Origin: Octopus bimaculoides
Lineage: Eukaryota
Length of the DNA stretch: 64,000 nucleotides
Assembly (NCBI RefSeq): GCF_001194135.2
Contig: NC_068982.1
Span: 169,596,581-169,660,580, forward strand
Reading direction: 5' to 3'
In this document: in pieces, positions 62,201 through 64,000 of the stretch
Position numbering within the stretch: position 1 is the first letter of the stretch
Layout: each line of letters begins with the position of its first letter
Notes under the pieces: model-generated
What the model saw: only the letters and a program-made list of their open reading frames with translations
What the model was told of the DNA's origin: nothing
The model's database searches: none
Position numbers and translations under genes: made by a program

Positions 62201-63239
62201 AAACTATTTATTTGTAGTAAATATTTAGGAAAAAACCCGTCTTTTGCTGTATTCCAGGATAATCATTTAACAAGCCATAGACTATCTGAAAGAATTAATT
62301 CTGTGTTAGACTGTTTGTAATCCTTCACTAAAACAACGTTGACTTATTATTCCTAGAACGAAAATATAGATTCAGCGATTGAAGGATAACGATTTCAACC
62401 TAATTAGCACTTATTTGTTTTAAAGACGTTAGAACCAATCATCATCTCAATCAGACTATTTATTTATCACGTAGTTTAGTTAGTATTACATATTTAACCT
62501 AGGTATATGAAAAAGCTTATTAGGAAAGATGTGAGGCGGAGGGAAACAAGCATAAATAATATTTTGAGTCTATCAATAAGTATGGAGGACAACTTCAGAT
62601 ATGTTTCGGTCTTATTACACTTCTTAGTGAAGAATATATTTCCCCGTACATACCAAGGTAGTGATGAAAGAATCATTAAGTAAATATACAGCAACGTACA
62701 CTGATTGACGTAGAAAATTAGGAATATTCAGAGAATGAATTACTTTCAGAAGTTATCTGCATGAAAAAATCAGTAGCTAAGTTAATGTTAGCTTATTTAA
62801 TAAAGGAGGCAGGTAATAACCAGAATAAAACCTCTTGGTATAGAATTAGCAATTACTCTACAAGGAAAATTAAACTACGTAATACGCTATATAATATACG
62901 AAGTTATAAATTTGTCTACAAGAAAGTGTCTCTCGCATTGCTCTAAGACAATTTTAGTGAGGTTAGAAAGATTTATATGGAATTAATTAATTCCTATGAT
63001 CGATGATACATTTGAAATCTTCTACTAACTATATTGTCGAATCTAGCTTTACTTCTAGATTGAAGTTTCCACCTCCGCCTATTGATTATATACTGATAGA
63101 TTATAATGTGAAGTATTCAATTACAGTTTTTCACACTATATAGTTCAGCTCGTAGACATTCATAGACTGAAAACTTTAAAAAAAAAATGTCGATACTATC
63201 TTTAGGCGACGGATTGACAGAGTCAAAAGAGCGGAGAAC

Positions 63240-63380
63240 AAAATACCTTGTTGCATTTGTTTCGGCTAACTGCTCTTGGAGTTCAAATTTATCAAGATCA
63301 ACTCTGCCTTCCTCCTGTTCGAGATCGATAAAATAAGGTACCATGAAAATGGATCGATAGAAGTGTTTGAAGTGTGGGAC
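63240..63380 (+). mobile_element. SINE family A (diverged, partial)
   Basis: GAGTTCAAATTT..AAGATCAACTCTGCCTT...GATCGATAAAATAAGGTACC. Confidence 0.55.
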
Positions 63381-63719
63381 GTAAAGAGAGGATGTTATGC
63401 TGTCTGGCAGCATATTTTCCTTGTCTTTTTTACGTCCTGAGTTCATGGTCGGTAAATTTCATCCATAGCCCGGTTTAATACCACATCTGGAATTTGAGTG
63501 CCTTTGGCGGAGAATTTGAGGATAAATTCTTCCTATCAGTCTCAAAAACTTTGAAAAAATAGTGGATCATAAGCGCTTCCCTCTCTTAGCGGTAAAAAAG
63601 GAGTCTAACTTGCAGACACTGGATATAAGATATTGACTTTATGCTTCCAGCTTTTTAATATTGATTTATAACTGTAGTGAAAATAAAATGACTAAATCAA
63701 ACAATCACTTGTATCATTC

Positions 63720-63870
63720 TTCAAATCAAATTCGAGCACAAGGCCAGCAATATTGAGGTGTTGAGATTTGCCAATTACATCGGTCCCAGTACTCCACTGG
63801 CACTTCATCTTATCAACGCCAAAAGAATGAAAGGCAAAGTTGATCTCAGGATTCGAATTCAAAAAGTAAG
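63720..63870 (-). mobile_element. SINE family A
   Basis: TCAAATTCGAGCACAAGGCCAGCAAT tail, ATTACATCGGTCCCAGTACT, GAATGAAAGGCAAAGTTGA. A further fragment starts at about 63968. Confidence 0.7.
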
Positions 63871-64000
63871 AAGTATGAATAAATAGAGCATGGGATTTCC
63901 CCTGACACTCCAACAATTCTGTCAGATTGCCACCTTCACCAATACTTCTACGGAAAAAGAAAAGCTATAAGGCAAAGTCAACCTCAGCTAGATTTGAACT

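Noticed and set aside
61809-62657. Putative exons 61809-61868 and 62503-62657 with AG/GT boundaries
   Set aside because: Weak pyrimidine tracts or donors, AT-rich open frames expected by chance, and no recognisable peptide.

Overview
AT-rich, microsatellite-saturated animal genomic DNA with ten N gaps, most flanked by (TA)n. The SINE families and repeat density suggest a coleoid cephalopod, probably Octopus; this is inferred from recalled repeat motifs, not from a search. No host protein-coding exon can be supported, and most ORFs in the supplied track are microsatellite or N-gap artefacts. The window is a nest of mobile elements: a Helitron RepHel relic (0.5-1.7 kb); a Helentron-type non-autonomous element (25.7-27.7 kb) interrupted by an ORF1-only L1/Tx1-like retroelement with a degenerate 18-bp TSD; a full-length dead mariner (30.5-32.0 kb) with a nested SINE; a hAT MITE with a perfect 8-bp TSD; CR1-group and RTE LINE relics; a Penelope-like element (39.1-40.4 kb); three head-to-tail R4/Dong-like REL-endonuclease LINE 3' ends in (CATA)n (50.1-52.8 kb); and many copies of three tRNA-derived SINE families plus one unclassified repeat. 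The most interesting signals are: (i) a module of tRNA-like Pol III head + (TAA)n + minimal hammerhead ribozyme that forms the Penelope 3' end and also occurs as a free short element; (ii) the ORF1-only retroelement; (iii) apparent (CATA)n targeting by the R4-like LINEs, with a conserved 3' stem-loop; and (iv) a CR1-group LINE and a SINE that share a 3' tail. Family labels A-D are working labels only, and element boundaries are read by eye.
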